Below the pieces are notes generated by a model. It searched no databases and was not told where the DNA came from. It saw nothing but the letters and a program-made list of their open reading frames with translations. The translations under genes were made by a program, and so were the position numbers. DNA of 64,000 nucleotides. It comes from Thauera butanivorans NBRC 103042 (GTDB lineage: Bacteria > Pseudomonadota > Gammaproteobacteria > Burkholderiales > Rhodocyclaceae). This document shows, piece by piece, positions 11,701 to 22,389 of the stretch (positions are counted from its first letter, which is position 1; the number at the start of each line of letters is the position of its first letter). The DNA lies in NCBI RefSeq assembly GCF_001591165.1, contig NZ_BCUG01000021.1, forward strand, positions 1 through 64,000, read 5' to 3'.

Positions 11701-13015
11701 AGGTCAGTACCGTACCGCTCCCACCGCTCACGGTAAAGCTGACCGTTGCCCCATTATATGAACCATCGGGCGCAACTACCTTCACTCGATATATGTTGGA
11801 AGAACCAGTGCCTGCCGGCGAGCTTGCCGAGAACCCGTTTTCAGAAATGAACCCTGCCAGCGCCGTGGCCAGCCCTTGCCTCCGGGTATTTGCCGTACTG
11901 CTGCTATTGCAATACCGGAACCCGCCCGAAGGCAGGATATTGGTACCATTGACAGTGATTGCACCGACCGTGACCACCTCGGTCGCATCATCGCACTGTG
12001 CGTTCGTGCCGGTCTTGGTGCTCCTCAAAACAGAACCGCTGCGGACTTCAATGACGCCCGAGCTGTCATTTTCCGCCGTCGATCCGAGGTCGGTAATGAT
12101 TGTTGGGTACTTGATCGTGTTGTATCCATTGCCTTGAATGGCCCTGCAATCGGTCCGATTTTGATCGGTGCACCAGCGGATCGGTGCCGGTACTGGGTAA
12201 TCTGCGCTCGGCGCATCGGCTTCGATGCAATTGGCCAGAGTGTCATTCGTGCAGTATTCGCTAGCGACGATTACATAATAATATGGTCCCACCCGCCTGC
12301 TCTCGGTGGTCGGTGCATCAACCGGACCCGTGGCGAAGGTCGCCGTTCCACTCGCGACCGTATGGCGCGGATAGACATAGGTTTTGCCAGCGACTTTCCC
12401 AGGGAGAATGTAGTTGTCGTTACGGAGGCAGTCGGTGTAACTGGTGCTCGTGCAATATTCCAGATCCCAGAATTCGTTGAGCAGATCGAGCTTATCCGTT
12501 GTGATTTTTCCGTATCCATCGAGCGGCACGGTCGAGCCAGAGGAACCGTCAAACCGCGTCTTTTCGGTGCCGTCATAAGAAAGCGGAGCGCTGTATGTAA
12601 TCTCAGGGTCGTAATAAATCGTATTGAACGGCGAGGAATGAAACAGCGGCATCCCTCGGTTATTGGAGTTTTTCCCCGGATAGCATGAACTTACAGCACT
12701 GGTACTATCTGCTGCGTGGCAGCATCTCGATCCGGTTTGAGCAGTCTGGTTCCAAGGTGCATTCGTTCCACTGGCCTTTGTACCCTTGCAATAATTATTA
12801 TCCATGATCACATCCGGCATGTTGTCATAAGCCATACTGCCGGAGTTATCGATAATGAACATCAGGTTTGGGTTGACTTCTGCCGCCGTCGAACTGAACA
12901 AAGGCGAGGTGGCAAGATCGAGATCAGCCTGGGCCGGCAGCGCCACCACCGATACAGCGATGGCCAGCCAGAGCGGGCGGGAAAAAAAGAACGAGCTCTT
13001 CGACCTGGTAATCAT
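8765..13015 (-). CDS. pilY1: Type IV pilus tip-associated adhesin PilY1 (1416 aa)
   Basis: Signal peptide MITRSKSSFFFSRPLWLAIAVSVVALPAQA. N-terminal vWA-like region (FIIDNSGSM). Large C-terminal beta-propeller-like domain. Position after pilX in the minor pilin operon. Confidence 0.85.
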   Translation of the reverse strand: MITRSKSSFFFSRPLWLAIAVSVVALPAQADLDLATSPLFSSTAAEVNPNLMFIIDNSGSMAYDNMPDVIMDNNYCKGTKASGTNAPWNQTAQTGSRCCHAADSTSAVSSCYPGKNSNNRGMPLFHSSPFNTIYYDPEITYSAPLSYDGTEKTRFDGSSGSTVPLDGYGKITTDKLDLLNEFWDLEYCTSTSYTDCLRNDNYILPGKVAGKTYVYPRHTVASGTATFATGPVDAPTTESRRVGPYYYVIVASEYCTNDTLANCIEADAPSADYPVPAPIRWCTDQNRTDCRAIQGNGYNTIKYPTIITDLGSTAENDSSGVIEVRSGSVLRSTKTGTNAQCDDATEVVTVGAITVNGTNILPSGGFRYCNSSSTANTRRQGLATALAGFISENGFSASSPAGTGSSNIYRVKVVAPDGSYNGATVSFTVSGGSGTVLTLSSAFTGGLVARSMAYLPGRFMRIDIVSGRDYGNITDSNGTVVVDRSGRTDCEAAPVCTYAEELKNFQNWFAWYRTRMQVMKTSVSRAFVSINDNYRVGFYSINSPGTHYLKVNDFSGGASGHKSAWYTKLFNVNASGTTPLRPTLADVGRIFAGKLRDDPMQYSCQQNFALLTTDGYWNESKTTIGENPDIKKIDGTPMSNQDGSGTARPMYEGPSASASSLADVAKYYYDTDLRTPALDNCTGSKGLEVCQNNVFTSASDNNSKQHMTTFTLGLGVNGTLNYQPDYKTAPSGDFHDIRTGLKNWPVPSNNHPTGIDDLWHAAVNGRGTYFSAGDPQQLSDGLAGALQEIQAKTGAGAAAAASTLNPVEGDNYFYVASYVSVKWTGNLEKREIDLNTGAASTIAVACAENVFAVDNSLQCTGTMRSMVSATSDSRNIYMKGSSGSLVSFDYDNMTATQQAYFGTSVVSGLGQWSLLSTEQKANAVDANLVNYLRGQTAYEGSIFRERETVLGDLIESAPFYIAKPYFNYHDKGYAEFKTSLADRAGTVYVGGNDGMLHAFDAADLTERWAYVPSMVMQNMWRLADKNYATRHRYFVNASPVVYDICSANCDIEASAVWRSILISGLNGGGKGYFALDVTDPASPSLMWEFTHNDLGYSFGNPVVTKLENGTWVVIFASGYNNSGEGKLFVLNAATGAVIRIIGTGVGSAGAASGLAKIKAWADDLNHDNTAGYTYGGDLLGNVWRFDINHGASAENPLRLAQLYADDEGTKPQPITTAPELGEIGHVRMVYVATGKYLEFADVNVDNAITQSVYAIKDDDVTSTLDNPRTVLVEQILTESEDGTERSSTAPSAVNLSTDRGWYVDLPTAGELAHVDPQLVRGLLLVPSTVPAVSACEPGGYSWMNAFNYKTGIADNSIRIHSPIVGVNVVEIDGELVVSVVTADNPTPMPVPGFDFLSEDSGRFRARRAFWREYVPQ

Positions 13016-13024
13016 GGCGACCTC

Positions 13025-13666
13025 TCAATACACGAATGCCTGAATGAAACTGACCGTGTTGCGCGGCCCCGTAACACGCACGGTAACCCGATATAGGGGA
13101 CTCAAAGGATTCGAGGTTCCGGTAAGCGGAGGCGTTGCGCTCACCCCCTTGGAACTGCTGTTGCTCAAGCCGCCTGGTGCGTTGATGCAGATCGCCTCGG
13201 TCGGCTCCCCATCTTCGCTGCACATGCGCTGGATCACATAGCGGATTTGATTTCCGGTGGCACTTTCCACGCCTTCGTCATTGATGCTATCACCCGATGC
13301 AACGCCATACTTATTATCTGTCGCCCAATGGCTGCTATCATCTATATCGAACTCACTCGTGGAGTTGGTCGCATAGTAACCATTGCCAGCATCGTGGTTA
13401 TGGAGCTTCGTTTGATCTGTATCAAATTCTGCACGCAGCCAGGCAATTGCAGTTTCTGTTCCGCTATCTCCGGACAGCGTAGCCGACTGCTTGAAAGCGA
13501 TGTTCCCCGAAACGATCATGTTGGTATCAACGGAGCGAACCAAGGCGACTGCCGCAAGAGCAAGTGCCACCAAGGCAATGAGGGCAACAAATAAAACTGC
13601 CCCAGACTGCCTCCAGCGGCTGCTTATCGTGCAACTGCCGTATTTGCACATCCCACGACGGCGCAT
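13025..13666 (-). CDS. pilX: Type IV pilus minor pilin/assembly protein PilX
   Basis: Hydrophobic N-terminal segment AVLFVALIALVALALAAVALVRSV. Operon position between pilW and pilY1. The start codon is uncertain: in-frame M candidates at 13696, 13666 and 13651. Confidence 0.6.
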   Translation of the reverse strand: MRRRGMCKYGSCTISSRWRQSGAVLFVALIALVALALAAVALVRSVDTNMIVSGNIAFKQSATLSGDSGTETAIAWLRAEFDTDQTKLHNHDAGNGYYATNSTSEFDIDDSSHWATDNKYGVASGDSINDEGVESATGNQIRYVIQRMCSEDGEPTEAICINAPGGLSNSSSKGVSATPPLTGTSNPLSPLYRVTVRVTGPRNTVSFIQAFVY

Positions 13667-13674
13667 TTGCGGTA

Positions 13675-14808
13675 TCACATCGCCTCCTTGGCCCATACGA
13701 CATTTCGCAACGGAATGATGGTTTCAAAGATCCGATAGCGGTAGTGATCCCAGTCATCAAGGCCAGTCAACGCCGCCAAATCAACTTTCGGAGCGGGCGA
13801 GTCCTCCGTTCCAGCCCAGGCACACAAGCCGGTTGGTTCGGGCGCATCTTCGGCACTGCATGCTTGGGAGACGGCCTCCTTCTGATACAGCGGATTGCGG
13901 GCGATCACTGCCACCCGCACTGCCTTGATGCGTTTGCGCCGCGCCATATCAATGGTATCCGCAGCCCACTCACCAGTGGCATTGACCCAAGCCACAACCT
14001 GGTTTTCGCTGCCAACTGCGGGGTTTTCGGCTGCAATACCATACTGGGCCTGCAGGCCGACAATATCAGCAGCAATCGGGTCGTCATTGAGCCTGAGTTC
14101 ACCTCCGACAGCAACGAAACTCCGAGGGGTAACGGGTTCAAAGCAGGACAAATGCACCGGAGCGGAGGAGGTGCTCGCAACGATGCTGCCACTCCCCTGA
14201 ACAAGATCGATGCCCGTTGTGTCGTCAAGCCCCTCTACCTTTCCGAGGAAACAACGGTTGTTCCCTCTGTCGGTGATCAGCATCCGATCATTGACGCGAC
14301 ATACCATGTTGTTATTGACGGAGAGTGCGCTACCTCCGCCTGAGACGGCAGTCACCTCGACAATCGCACCACCTGTCGGAGAGTTACCATAACGAATAAC
14401 GATTTCATCGCTTTCGTCATTTTCACCATCGGCAATGACAACTGGCACATAATCCACCGGCGCTGGACTGATGGAGCTATCACCTGTGATATTGACGATG
14501 GAGGGACAATCCATTGGCAACAATCGATTTTCACGATAATCATACAAAGCCATGCCGAAACCCGCCTGCTGAACCTCCCGTTGTATCGAATAGATGGCCA
14601 GTGCACTACTCGTTTGGGCGTCGGCTGTGCCGGAGGTGATCCTCTTCTGCCCTTCGAATCCGGAGAACGCTTGCATGATTGCCAGCGACGCAAGCAGCGC
14701 AACCACCATGCCCACCAGAATTTCGACCAGGCTGAAACCGCCTTGCCAGCTTCTTTTCCCTGCCTTGCCGAAAAACTCGACCAGGCGATATTCAGTCGAT
14801 ATCGTCAT
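13675..14808 (-). CDS. pilW: Type IV pilus assembly protein PilW
   Basis: Prepilin-like N-terminus GGFSLVEILVGMVVALLASLAIMQ. Length and operon position match PilW. The alternative start at 14826 overlaps pilV. Confidence 0.7.
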   Translation of the reverse strand: MTISTEYRLVEFFGKAGKRSWQGGFSLVEILVGMVVALLASLAIMQAFSGFEGQKRITSGTADAQTSSALAIYSIQREVQQAGFGMALYDYRENRLLPMDCPSIVNITGDSSISPAPVDYVPVVIADGENDESDEIVIRYGNSPTGGAIVEVTAVSGGGSALSVNNNMVCRVNDRMLITDRGNNRCFLGKVEGLDDTTGIDLVQGSGSIVASTSSAPVHLSCFEPVTPRSFVAVGGELRLNDDPIAADIVGLQAQYGIAAENPAVGSENQVVAWVNATGEWAADTIDMARRKRIKAVRVAVIARNPLYQKEAVSQACSAEDAPEPTGLCAWAGTEDSPAPKVDLAALTGLDDWDHYRYRIFETIIPLRNVVWAKEAM

Positions 14809-15178
14809 TTTCCGCAACTCGCGCACGTAGCGTCACGTTATGCTCAATCCCATCCGGACCAGCCCATTTCACGACAACTCTGACTGTGTGGCTACCATCG
14901 ACTAGCGCAAAGACTTCGCGCTCTCCGTTCGGCAGGAGATTCGCCACCTCGCCATCCAATGCAGCGATCCTCTCGATCACGATATCGCGCTGTGACTGTT
15001 TCGGATCGGCCCAGAACATGCCTATTGCCTGCTGCGCCAGATAAGTCGCCGTGGAACGAAACTGGGCGTCGGCAGTGTTGCGTACCATCGCCGCCTGAAT
15101 GCCGATCAGACCAAGAATGCCGATCACGAAAATGATCATCGCAATCAACGCCTCCAGCAGCATGGCGCCGCCTTGCAT
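14792..15178 (-). CDS. pilV: Type IV pilus minor pilin PilV
   Basis: N-terminus MQGGAMLLEALIAMIIFVIGILGLIGIQ is a class III signal with a type IV pilin N-methylation-site-like segment. The start codon is uncertain (the ORF extends to 15262). Confidence 0.7.
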   Translation of the reverse strand: MQGGAMLLEALIAMIIFVIGILGLIGIQAAMVRNTADAQFRSTATYLAQQAIGMFWADPKQSQRDIVIERIAALDGEVANLLPNGEREVFALVDGSHTVRVVVKWAGPDGIEHNVTLRARVAENDDID

Positions 15179-15213
15179 GTTCCGCCATATGAACCGCCGG
15201 CTATTGCACCGGG

Positions 15214-15726
15214 TCAGCATCGGCGTGGATCGTCGGCTTTGAGCTTGGGGCTGGGATCGCATACGCGTGCACTTCCACTGGCAGAAACGGTGACATTAAG
15301 CGTGCGGCGATCTGCCGCAGGAAGATCAGGATTGTCGATGGTCAGCGAAACTACGGGGGATGCGCGGCCAAAAGCATCGAAAATCAGCACATCTGGCGCG
15401 GCGCCTCCATCCAAAACGGTGATTCCATCAGTACGGTCCTCATTTGCAGAGCGGCTCTGAATCACGACGGAGTTATCAGAGGCAAGCTGCACCGTCCATC
15501 CAGCCCCCTCGATCACGAACTCAACTGGCGCATTGCGCTGGACAGCCTGTGCGCGTGCAATCTGCAATCCATTCAGAATGGATTCAGCTACAGTCCGGGT
15601 TTTGGAATTTCCCATCCACACGGTAAAGCTCGGGAGGCCAATTGCAAGCAAGATGCCAATGATTGCGATGCCGGTCACGAGTTCAATCAGTGTCACTCCG
15701 TGATGGCGAATCGACTTCTTCAGCAC
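15214..15726 (-). CDS. fimT: Type IV pilus minor pilin FimT/FimU (GspH-family)
   Basis: Prepilin N-terminus HGVTLIELVTGIAIIGILLAIGLPSF. Most plausible start is GTG at 15726 (MLKKSIRHHGVTLIEL), preceded by GAGGTGGAG and 1 nt after the pilE stop. The ATG ORF to 15783 would overlap pilE by 60 nt. Confidence 0.7.
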   Translation of the reverse strand: MLKKSIRHHGVTLIELVTGIAIIGILLAIGLPSFTVWMGNSKTRTVAESILNGLQIARAQAVQRNAPVEFVIEGAGWTVQLASDNSVVIQSRSANEDRTDGITVLDGGAAPDVLIFDAFGRASPVVSLTIDNPDLPAADRRTLNVTVSASGSARVCDPSPKLKADDPRRC

Positions 15727-16175
15727 GCTCCACCTCTTCGCGTAATCCAGCAGCCTGGGGCCGTACCGTCCGCCTTCCCCCATCCTGTTGGCGCTCCTGT
15801 GGTGTCCTTTGCATTGTCCTGGTTCAGGGTATAGACAAAGCCCCCGGTTCCTTGTGCTGAAACCCCAGTTGCGGTGATGGTGTATTGCTGGCCATCCGCG
15901 CTAGGCACACAGGCGTAGGTAAAATAACGGACACTAGGCGCAGCAGGCATATCCACACCACACTCATCGCCATCCTCGGAATGGGCATACTGGCGGTTGT
16001 CCTGAAAATATTGTTCGAGACGGACACGAGCCGTCGACAACTCGCTCGTCGCTTCAATGAGCTTGCTTCGCATGATGTAGTCGTTGTAAGACGGAACAGC
16101 GATCGATGCGAGGATGCCGATGATGACGACCACGATCATGATCTCGATCAACGTGAACCCTTGTGCCTTTTTCAT
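15720..16175 (-). CDS. pilE: Type IV pilin, PilE-like (minor/major pilin)
   Basis: MKKAQGFTLIEIMIVVVIIGILASIAVPSYNDY is a canonical type IVa prepilin leader plus the N-terminal helix. First gene of the operon. Confidence 0.8.
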   Translation of the reverse strand: MKKAQGFTLIEIMIVVVIIGILASIAVPSYNDYIMRSKLIEATSELSTARVRLEQYFQDNRQYAHSEDGDECGVDMPAAPSVRYFTYACVPSADGQQYTITATGVSAQGTGGFVYTLNQDNAKDTTGAPTGWGKADGTAPGCWITRRGGAC

Positions 16176-16438
16176 GGCTCTGCCCTTTTATAGCTAGCTT
16201 TACTGTATTCCCTTTCAAGCTCCATCCCACACGCAAGAGGACGAACGGCATACGAGCCTGGACCAATGGCATCTCGCGCATCTTCTGATGGCTTCAGGGA
16301 AACGCGAGCGTAGAGGCAAGGGCCCGACGGCACGACGTCCGAGCCCAGCCCTCGGTCTGTACCAGAAGCTGCCGAGTCATGACGACAGCGAGGCAAGAAT
16401 TGTGAGACGAGCAAGCATTTACGCCCGCCTTCACCATA

Positions 16439-16645
16439 TCAAGCCCAGGTATCCACCACCCCACCCGCCGCACTGCCCACCGCCGATACCGGCGGCTGTA
16501 CCGGCGCCGGAATTGCCTGCAACAACTGCAAGGCGCTCTCCGCCTGCATGTCCAGCGCCATCTTCAGCACCTTGACCGAAGCTTCGGCCTGAACCTTGGC
16601 GGCCGCATTGGCGCTGGCTGCGGCGGCGATGGAGGAAACGTCCAT
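16439..16645 (-). CDS. YjfB-family putative motility protein (68 aa)
   Basis: MDVSSIAAAASANAAAKVQAEASVKVLKMALDMQAESALQLLQAIP matches the YjfB_motility small-protein pattern. In-frame ATG at 16645. The longer 196-aa ORF in the track is an upstream high-GC extension. Confidence 0.5.
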   Translation of the reverse strand: MDVSSIAAAASANAAAKVQAEASVKVLKMALDMQAESALQLLQAIPAPVQPPVSAVGSAAGGVVDTWA

Positions 16646-16767
16646 GATCTGTACTCCAAAACGTTTGTGGTGCCAGCCGGAATGCGGCATGGCGCTCTTC
16701 AAGCGATAACGGCCGCAAATGCGGCCGCTTGAGGGTGATCTGCGGGATGTTCCCGCGCCGCCGGAGC

Positions 16768-17253
16768 TCAGTCGCGGAAGTTGCCGTACTGCAGCGGAAA
16801 ATCCGTGATCTGCTTCTTGACCAGCGCGATCGCTTCCTGCAGCACATCGCGCTTGGCACCGGACACGCGCACCGCGTCGCCCTGGATCGCGGCCTGCACC
16901 TTGAGCTTGCTGTCCTTCAGCAGCTTGACGATCTTCTTGGCCAGGTCCTGGTCGACGCCGACGCAGACCTTCACTTCCTGCTTGACCTTGTTGCCGGAGA
17001 TCTTCTGCACGTCGCCGTAGTCCAGGCAACGCACGTCGACGTTCTTCTTCGTCATCTCGGGCAGCAGGATGGTCTTGATCTGGTCGAGCTGGAAATCGCT
17101 GTCGCCATAGAGGGTCAGCAGCTTGTCGGCCTGCTCGATGTTCGCGCTGGTGCCCTTGAAATCGTGGCGGCCGGCAACCTTGCGGTTGGCCTGCTCGACG
17201 GCATTGCGCAGCGAGGGCTGGTCGACCTCGGACATGATGTCGAATGAAGGCAT
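16768..17253 (-). CDS. yajQ: YajQ-family cyclic-di-GMP-binding / nucleotide-binding protein (UPF0234)
   Basis: 161 aa. N-terminus [35 protein letters not shown] is typical of YajQ. Confidence 0.85.
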   Translation of the reverse strand: MPSFDIMSEVDQPSLRNAVEQANRKVAGRHDFKGTSANIEQADKLLTLYGDSDFQLDQIKTILLPEMTKKNVDVRCLDYGDVQKISGNKVKQEVKVCVGVDQDLAKKIVKLLKDSKLKVQAAIQGDAVRVSGAKRDVLQEAIALVKKQITDFPLQYGNFRD

Positions 17254-17278
17254 ATCGCTTCCCCTCGTCCTGCTCGGT

Positions 17279-17602
17279 TCAGCCGAAATGGCAGATGTAG
17301 TGGTAGGGCTCGCCCGACACTTCGATGTCGAAGCTGGAGTTGGCCGGCACGTCGAAGGATTCGCCCGCGCCGTAGGTCTTCCATTCGTCGCTGCCCTTCA
17401 GGCGCACGCGGCAGCTGCCGGCCACGCCTTCCATGATCTCGGGCGCGCCGGTGTTGAAAGTCAGCGCGGCCGGCAGGATGACGCCGACCGACTTCTTCGT
17501 GCCGTCGGCGAACTGGATGCCGTGGCTGACGCACTTGCCGTCGAAATAGACGCTGGCCTTGGTGGCGACGGCGACGCCGTCGATCTTTTCAGTGATGCTC
17601 AT
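17279..17602 (-). CDS. ppnP: Pyrimidine/purine nucleoside phosphorylase PpnP (YaiE, DUF1255)
   Basis: 107 aa cupin-like. [12 protein letters not shown]...YHYICHFG pattern of UPF0345/PpnP. Confidence 0.8.
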   Translation of the reverse strand: MSITEKIDGVAVATKASVYFDGKCVSHGIQFADGTKKSVGVILPAALTFNTGAPEIMEGVAGSCRVRLKGSDEWKTYGAGESFDVPANSSFDIEVSGEPYHYICHFG

Positions 17603-17615
17603 GGTGATGCTTTCC

Positions 17616-17846
17616 TCATTCGATGCCGAGCAGCTTCTGGATGATGCCCTTGGCGACGAAGCCGACGAAGCCGACGCCGAGGCCGATGAACATCCACATC
17701 ATGCCGTACTTGCCGGCTTTCGATTCCTTGCCCAGGTTCCAGATGATGAACATCATGTACAGGATCAGCGCCCCGAGGCCGAGCTTGAGCGACCAATCCT
17801 CGAACTCGGCCATGGTCAGGCCGAAGATCAGTATGTCGTCCATCAT
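17616..17846 (-). CDS. DUF2788 small membrane protein
   Basis: 76 aa, two TM segments. [33 protein letters not shown] resembles the DUF2788 family. Confidence 0.6.
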   Translation of the reverse strand: MMDDILIFGLTMAEFEDWSLKLGLGALILYMMFIIWNLGKESKAGKYGMMWMFIGLGVGFVGFVAKGIIQKLLGIE

Positions 17847-17881
17847 CCGTCTCCCGAATCAACGCGCTCCGAAAACCGGAC

Positions 17882-19114
<1,233 letters not shown>

Positions 19115-19182
19115 GCTGTTTTCCTGTTTCCTGCTGTGTTGCCGGCGCGCACGCCCGTGCGCGCCTCCTTGTTCGTTGCGGC

Positions 19183-20115
19183 TTACCTGGGCTCCACGCG
19201 GCCGAGCATCAGGTACTCCATCAGTGCCTTCTGCGCGTGCAGGCGGTTCTCGGCCTCGTCCCAGACCACCGACTGCGGCCCGTCGATGACTTCGGCGGTG
19301 ACTTCCTCGCCGCGATGAGCCGGCAGGCAGTGCATGAAGAGCGCATCGCCGGCGGCGACGGACATCATCTCGGCATCGACGCACCAGTCGGCGAAAGCCT
19401 TCATGCGCGCTTCGTTCTCGGCCTCGAAGCCCATCGAGGTCCACACGTCGGTGGTGACCAGATGCGCGCCGCGGCAGGCATCCATCGGGTCGGAGAACTG
19501 CTCGAAATTGCCGGTGCCGTACAGCCCTGCCCGCTCGGGCTCGACTTCGTAGCCCGGCGGCGTCGATACGTGGACGTTGAAGCCCAGGACCTCGGCGGCC
19601 TGCAGCCAGGTGTTGCACATGTTGTTGCTGTCGCCGATCCAGGCCACGGTCTTGCCTGCGATCGAGCCGCGATGCTCGATGTAGGTGAAGATGTCGGCCA
19701 GGATCTGGCAGGGATGGTATTCGTTGGTCAGGCCGTTGATGACCGGCACGCGCGAGTTGGCGGCGAAGCGCTCGACCATTTCCTGCTCGAAAGTGCGGAT
19801 CATCACCAGGTCGCTCATGCGCGAGATGACCTGGGCCGCGTCCTCCACCGATTCGCCGCGGCCGAGTTGCGAGTCGCGCGTGTTGAGGTAGATGGCCGAG
19901 CCGCCGAGCTGCTGCACGCCGGCCTCGAAGGACAGGCGGGTGCGGGTGCTGGCCTTCTCGAAGATCATCACCAGCGTGCGGTCGAACATCGGGTGATAAG
20001 GCTCGTAGCGCTTGAACTTGTCCTTGATCCACTTCGCCCGCTCGAAGAGGTAGTCGTACTCCTCGCGGGTGAAGTCCTTGAATTGGAGATAGTGCTTGAT
20101 CGAGGTCATCGGCAT
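19183..20115 (-). CDS. argF: Ornithine carbamoyltransferase
   Basis: STRTRLSFE carbamoyl-phosphate binding motif. HCLP and DxxxSMG motifs. 310 aa. Confidence 0.95.
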   Translation of the reverse strand: MPMTSIKHYLQFKDFTREEYDYLFERAKWIKDKFKRYEPYHPMFDRTLVMIFEKASTRTRLSFEAGVQQLGGSAIYLNTRDSQLGRGESVEDAAQVISRMSDLVMIRTFEQEMVERFAANSRVPVINGLTNEYHPCQILADIFTYIEHRGSIAGKTVAWIGDSNNMCNTWLQAAEVLGFNVHVSTPPGYEVEPERAGLYGTGNFEQFSDPMDACRGAHLVTTDVWTSMGFEAENEARMKAFADWCVDAEMMSVAAGDALFMHCLPAHRGEEVTAEVIDGPQSVVWDEAENRLHAQKALMEYLMLGRVEPR

Positions 20116-20118
20116 TCC

Positions 20119-21294
20119 TCAGCCGTTCGCAAGAAAGTCGCGAATCATCGGCGCCAGCATCGACACCAGGGCCCTGGCATCCTCGGCGCTGAAGGTCAGC
20201 GCCGGCAGCAGGCGCACCACGCGCTCGGCGGTGACGCTGAGCAGCAGGCCTTGTTCGGCTGCGCGCGCCATCAGCGGGCCGCAGGGGCGGTCGAGCTCGA
20301 CACCGATCATCAGGCCGCGGCCGCGGATGTCGACCACGCCGGCGACGCCGTCCAGCGCTTCGGCCAGGCCCTTGCGGATCTGCTCGCCGATGGCGACGGC
20401 CTGCTCCATCAGGCCATCGGCGACGATGGTGTCGAAAGTGGCGAGGCCGGCGGCGCAGGCCAGCGGATTGCCACCGAAGGTCGAGCCGTGGTTGCCCGGG
20501 CCGAACAGCCCCTTGGCGCGGCCGGAGGTCACGCAGGCGCCGATCGGCACGCCGGAGGCCAGCCCCTTCGCCAGGGTCATCACGTCTGGCATGGCGCCGG
20601 CATGCTGCCAGCCATACCACTTGCCGGTACGCCCCATGCCGCACTGCACTTCGTCGCAGATCATCAGCCAGCCCTTGTCGTCGCACAGGGCGCGCAGCTC
20701 GCGCTGAAAGGTTTCGTCGGCGACATTGACGCCGCCCTCGCCCTGGATCATCTCCAGCATCACGGCAACGACGCTGTTGTCGTGCGCGGCGATCTTGCGG
20801 ATGGCCTCGATGTCCTTGTAGGGCACGCGGATGAAGCCCTGCACCAGCGGCTCGAAGCCGGCCTGCGTCTTGCGGTTGCCGGTGGCCGACAACGTGGCCA
20901 TGGTGCGGCCGTGAAAGGCGTTCTCCATGACGATGATGTGCGGCAGCGCCACGCCCTTCTTGTTGCCGTACATGCGCGCCAGCTTGATCGCCGCCTCGTT
21001 GGCCTCGCAGCCCGAGTTGCAGAAGAACACCTCGTCCATGCCCGAAGTCTCGGCGATACGGTCGGCGAGCTGCTCCTGCAGCGGAATGCGGTACAGGTTG
21101 GAAGTGTGGATCAGCCTGCCGGCCTGCTCGGCAATCGCCTTGACCAGGCGCGGATGGTTGTGGCCCAGCGTATTGACGGCAATACCGGACAAGGCATCGA
21201 GATAGCGTTTGCCAGTCTCGTCATACATCCAGGCGCCTTCCCCGTGCGTGAATGCAACAGGCAGCCTGGCGTAGGTGTTCATGACATGGGACAT
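20119..21294 (-). CDS. argD: Acetylornithine aminotransferase (class III PLP aminotransferase)
   Basis: [21 protein letters not shown]...[21 protein letters not shown]-lysine region [14 protein letters not shown]. Likely start MSHVMNTY at 21294. Sits in the argD-argF-argG run. Confidence 0.9.
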   Translation of the reverse strand: MSHVMNTYARLPVAFTHGEGAWMYDETGKRYLDALSGIAVNTLGHNHPRLVKAIAEQAGRLIHTSNLYRIPLQEQLADRIAETSGMDEVFFCNSGCEANEAAIKLARMYGNKKGVALPHIIVMENAFHGRTMATLSATGNRKTQAGFEPLVQGFIRVPYKDIEAIRKIAAHDNSVVAVMLEMIQGEGGVNVADETFQRELRALCDDKGWLMICDEVQCGMGRTGKWYGWQHAGAMPDVMTLAKGLASGVPIGACVTSGRAKGLFGPGNHGSTFGGNPLACAAGLATFDTIVADGLMEQAVAIGEQIRKGLAEALDGVAGVVDIRGRGLMIGVELDRPCGPLMARAAEQGLLLSVTAERVVRLLPALTFSAEDARALVSMLAPMIRDFLANG

Positions 21295-21450
21295 CGGAAC
21301 CTCGATCGGAACGAAGCTGAAAACGCGCACGGCGGCAGGTGCCGCCGTGCAGAAATGAAGCGGAATCTTAAGCCAAAACCGCCAGCCCTGTACAGGCGCC
21401 GCCGATGGCGACCGATATCACGCCATACGCCGTCGATGGCGACATTCTGC

Positions 21451-21456
21451 TAGAAT
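21451..21456 (+). promoter_or_regulatory. Candidate -10 element (TAGAAT) for the DUF3579 gene
   Basis: TAGAAT lies 70 nt upstream of the 21527 ATG in the divergent argD/DUF3579 intergenic region. There is a weak -35-like TCGATG 12 nt upstream. Confidence 0.25.
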
Positions 21457-21526
21457 GCGCGGCGCTTTGGGCGCCGCCCGCAGGACGGCGCGCCGGGCGC
21501 ACCATCTCTGCCGCCAGGGCGCATAC

Positions 21527-21817
21527 ATGACTCACAAGATCGAAAATTTCATCATCGTCGGCATCACCAATGACGGGAAGAAATTCCGCCCGAGCGACTG
21601 GGCCGATCGCCTGTGCGGCGTGATGTCGGCCTTCGGCGCCGACAACCGCATGACCTACTCGCCCTACGTCCGCCCCGGCTGCACGCTGAAAGGCGACAAG
21701 ACCGTACTGGTCGATGCCGGCCTCTACGACGTCGAGCCGATGGCGTACAACTTCATGATCAATTTCGCCAAGGACAACGATCTTCAGATCGACTGGGTCG
21801 GAGACGCGCCTCTTTGA
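21527..21817 (+). CDS. DUF3579 domain protein
   Basis: MTHKIENFIIVGITNDGKKFRPSDWADRLCGVMSAFG matches the DUF3579 signature (GIT.DG..FRPSDWAERLCG). 96 aa from ATG 21527. Confidence 0.65.
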   Translation: MTHKIENFIIVGITNDGKKFRPSDWADRLCGVMSAFGADNRMTYSPYVRPGCTLKGDKTVLVDAGLYDVEPMAYNFMINFAKDNDLQIDWVGDAPL

Positions 21818-21872
21818 AGGCTGCGTCACGCTGAATCCTGCTCGTCTCGCTTGCGCGAGAACGGCCGAACGA

Positions 21873-21903
21873 CAAAAAGGCGACCCGCGGGTCGCCTTTT
21901 GCC
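21873..21903. terminator. Bidirectional rho-independent terminator between DUF3579 gene and rpsT
   Basis: aaaaaggcgacccgcgggtcgcctttt: stem ggcgaccc/gggtcgcc flanked by A5 and T4. Confidence 0.65.
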
Positions 21904-21952
21904 TGCCGCAGCCAAGGCCACGGCGGAGATCATGCAGCGCTCAGTGCCCCGG

Positions 21953-22219
21953 TCAGGCAGCCATCGACTTGATGGCGGCGGACAGGCGGCTCTTGTGGCG
22001 AGCGGCCTTGTTCTTGTGGATGATCTTCTTGTCGGCGATGCTGTCGATGGTGCTCATCGAGGTGCGAAAGACCGACTGAGCCGCCGACTTGTCGCCACCC
22101 ACGATGGCCTTGCGCACGGCCTTGATCGCGGTACGCAGGCGGGAACGAAGGCTGGCGTTGTGGGCGCGAGACTTGACTGCCTGGCGGGCGCGCTTGCGAG
22201 CTTGTGCCGAGTTGGCCAT
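21953..22219 (-). CDS. rpsT: 30S ribosomal protein S20
   Basis: [33 protein letters not shown]... is a canonical S20. 88 aa from ATG 22219. Confidence 0.95.
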   Translation of the reverse strand: MANSAQARKRARQAVKSRAHNASLRSRLRTAIKAVRKAIVGGDKSAAQSVFRTSMSTIDSIADKKIIHKNKAARHKSRLSAAIKSMAA

Positions 22220-22389
22220 AAATTTGATTCCGTTGATGAATGGTTCTGGAAAGCCCGCGATTCTATCCGCCAATCGAGCGCAACGCAAGCATGGCCGACA
22301 AGCCGGCGCCACCGTTCCGGCTTACAGTTGCCAGGGCACCGGCTATCATGCAGGCCTCGCCCCGCCATGAATCCGTTTTCCAGCCATAG

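Noticed and set aside
16176-16438. Possible sigma-54 (-24/-12) promoter or tRNA in the 263-bp gap upstream of pilE, and a TGGCAC-containing sequence just before yjfB (16650-16680)
   Set aside because: The TGGCAC at 16655-16670 lacks a correctly spaced GC at -12. No cloverleaf-capable sequence or GG-N10-GC match is convincing. I am not calling either without a promoter-prediction run.
19237-21453. 738-aa plus-strand ORF antisense to argF/argD
   Set aside because: It is opposite two clear arginine-biosynthesis genes and its composition is a low-complexity artefact.
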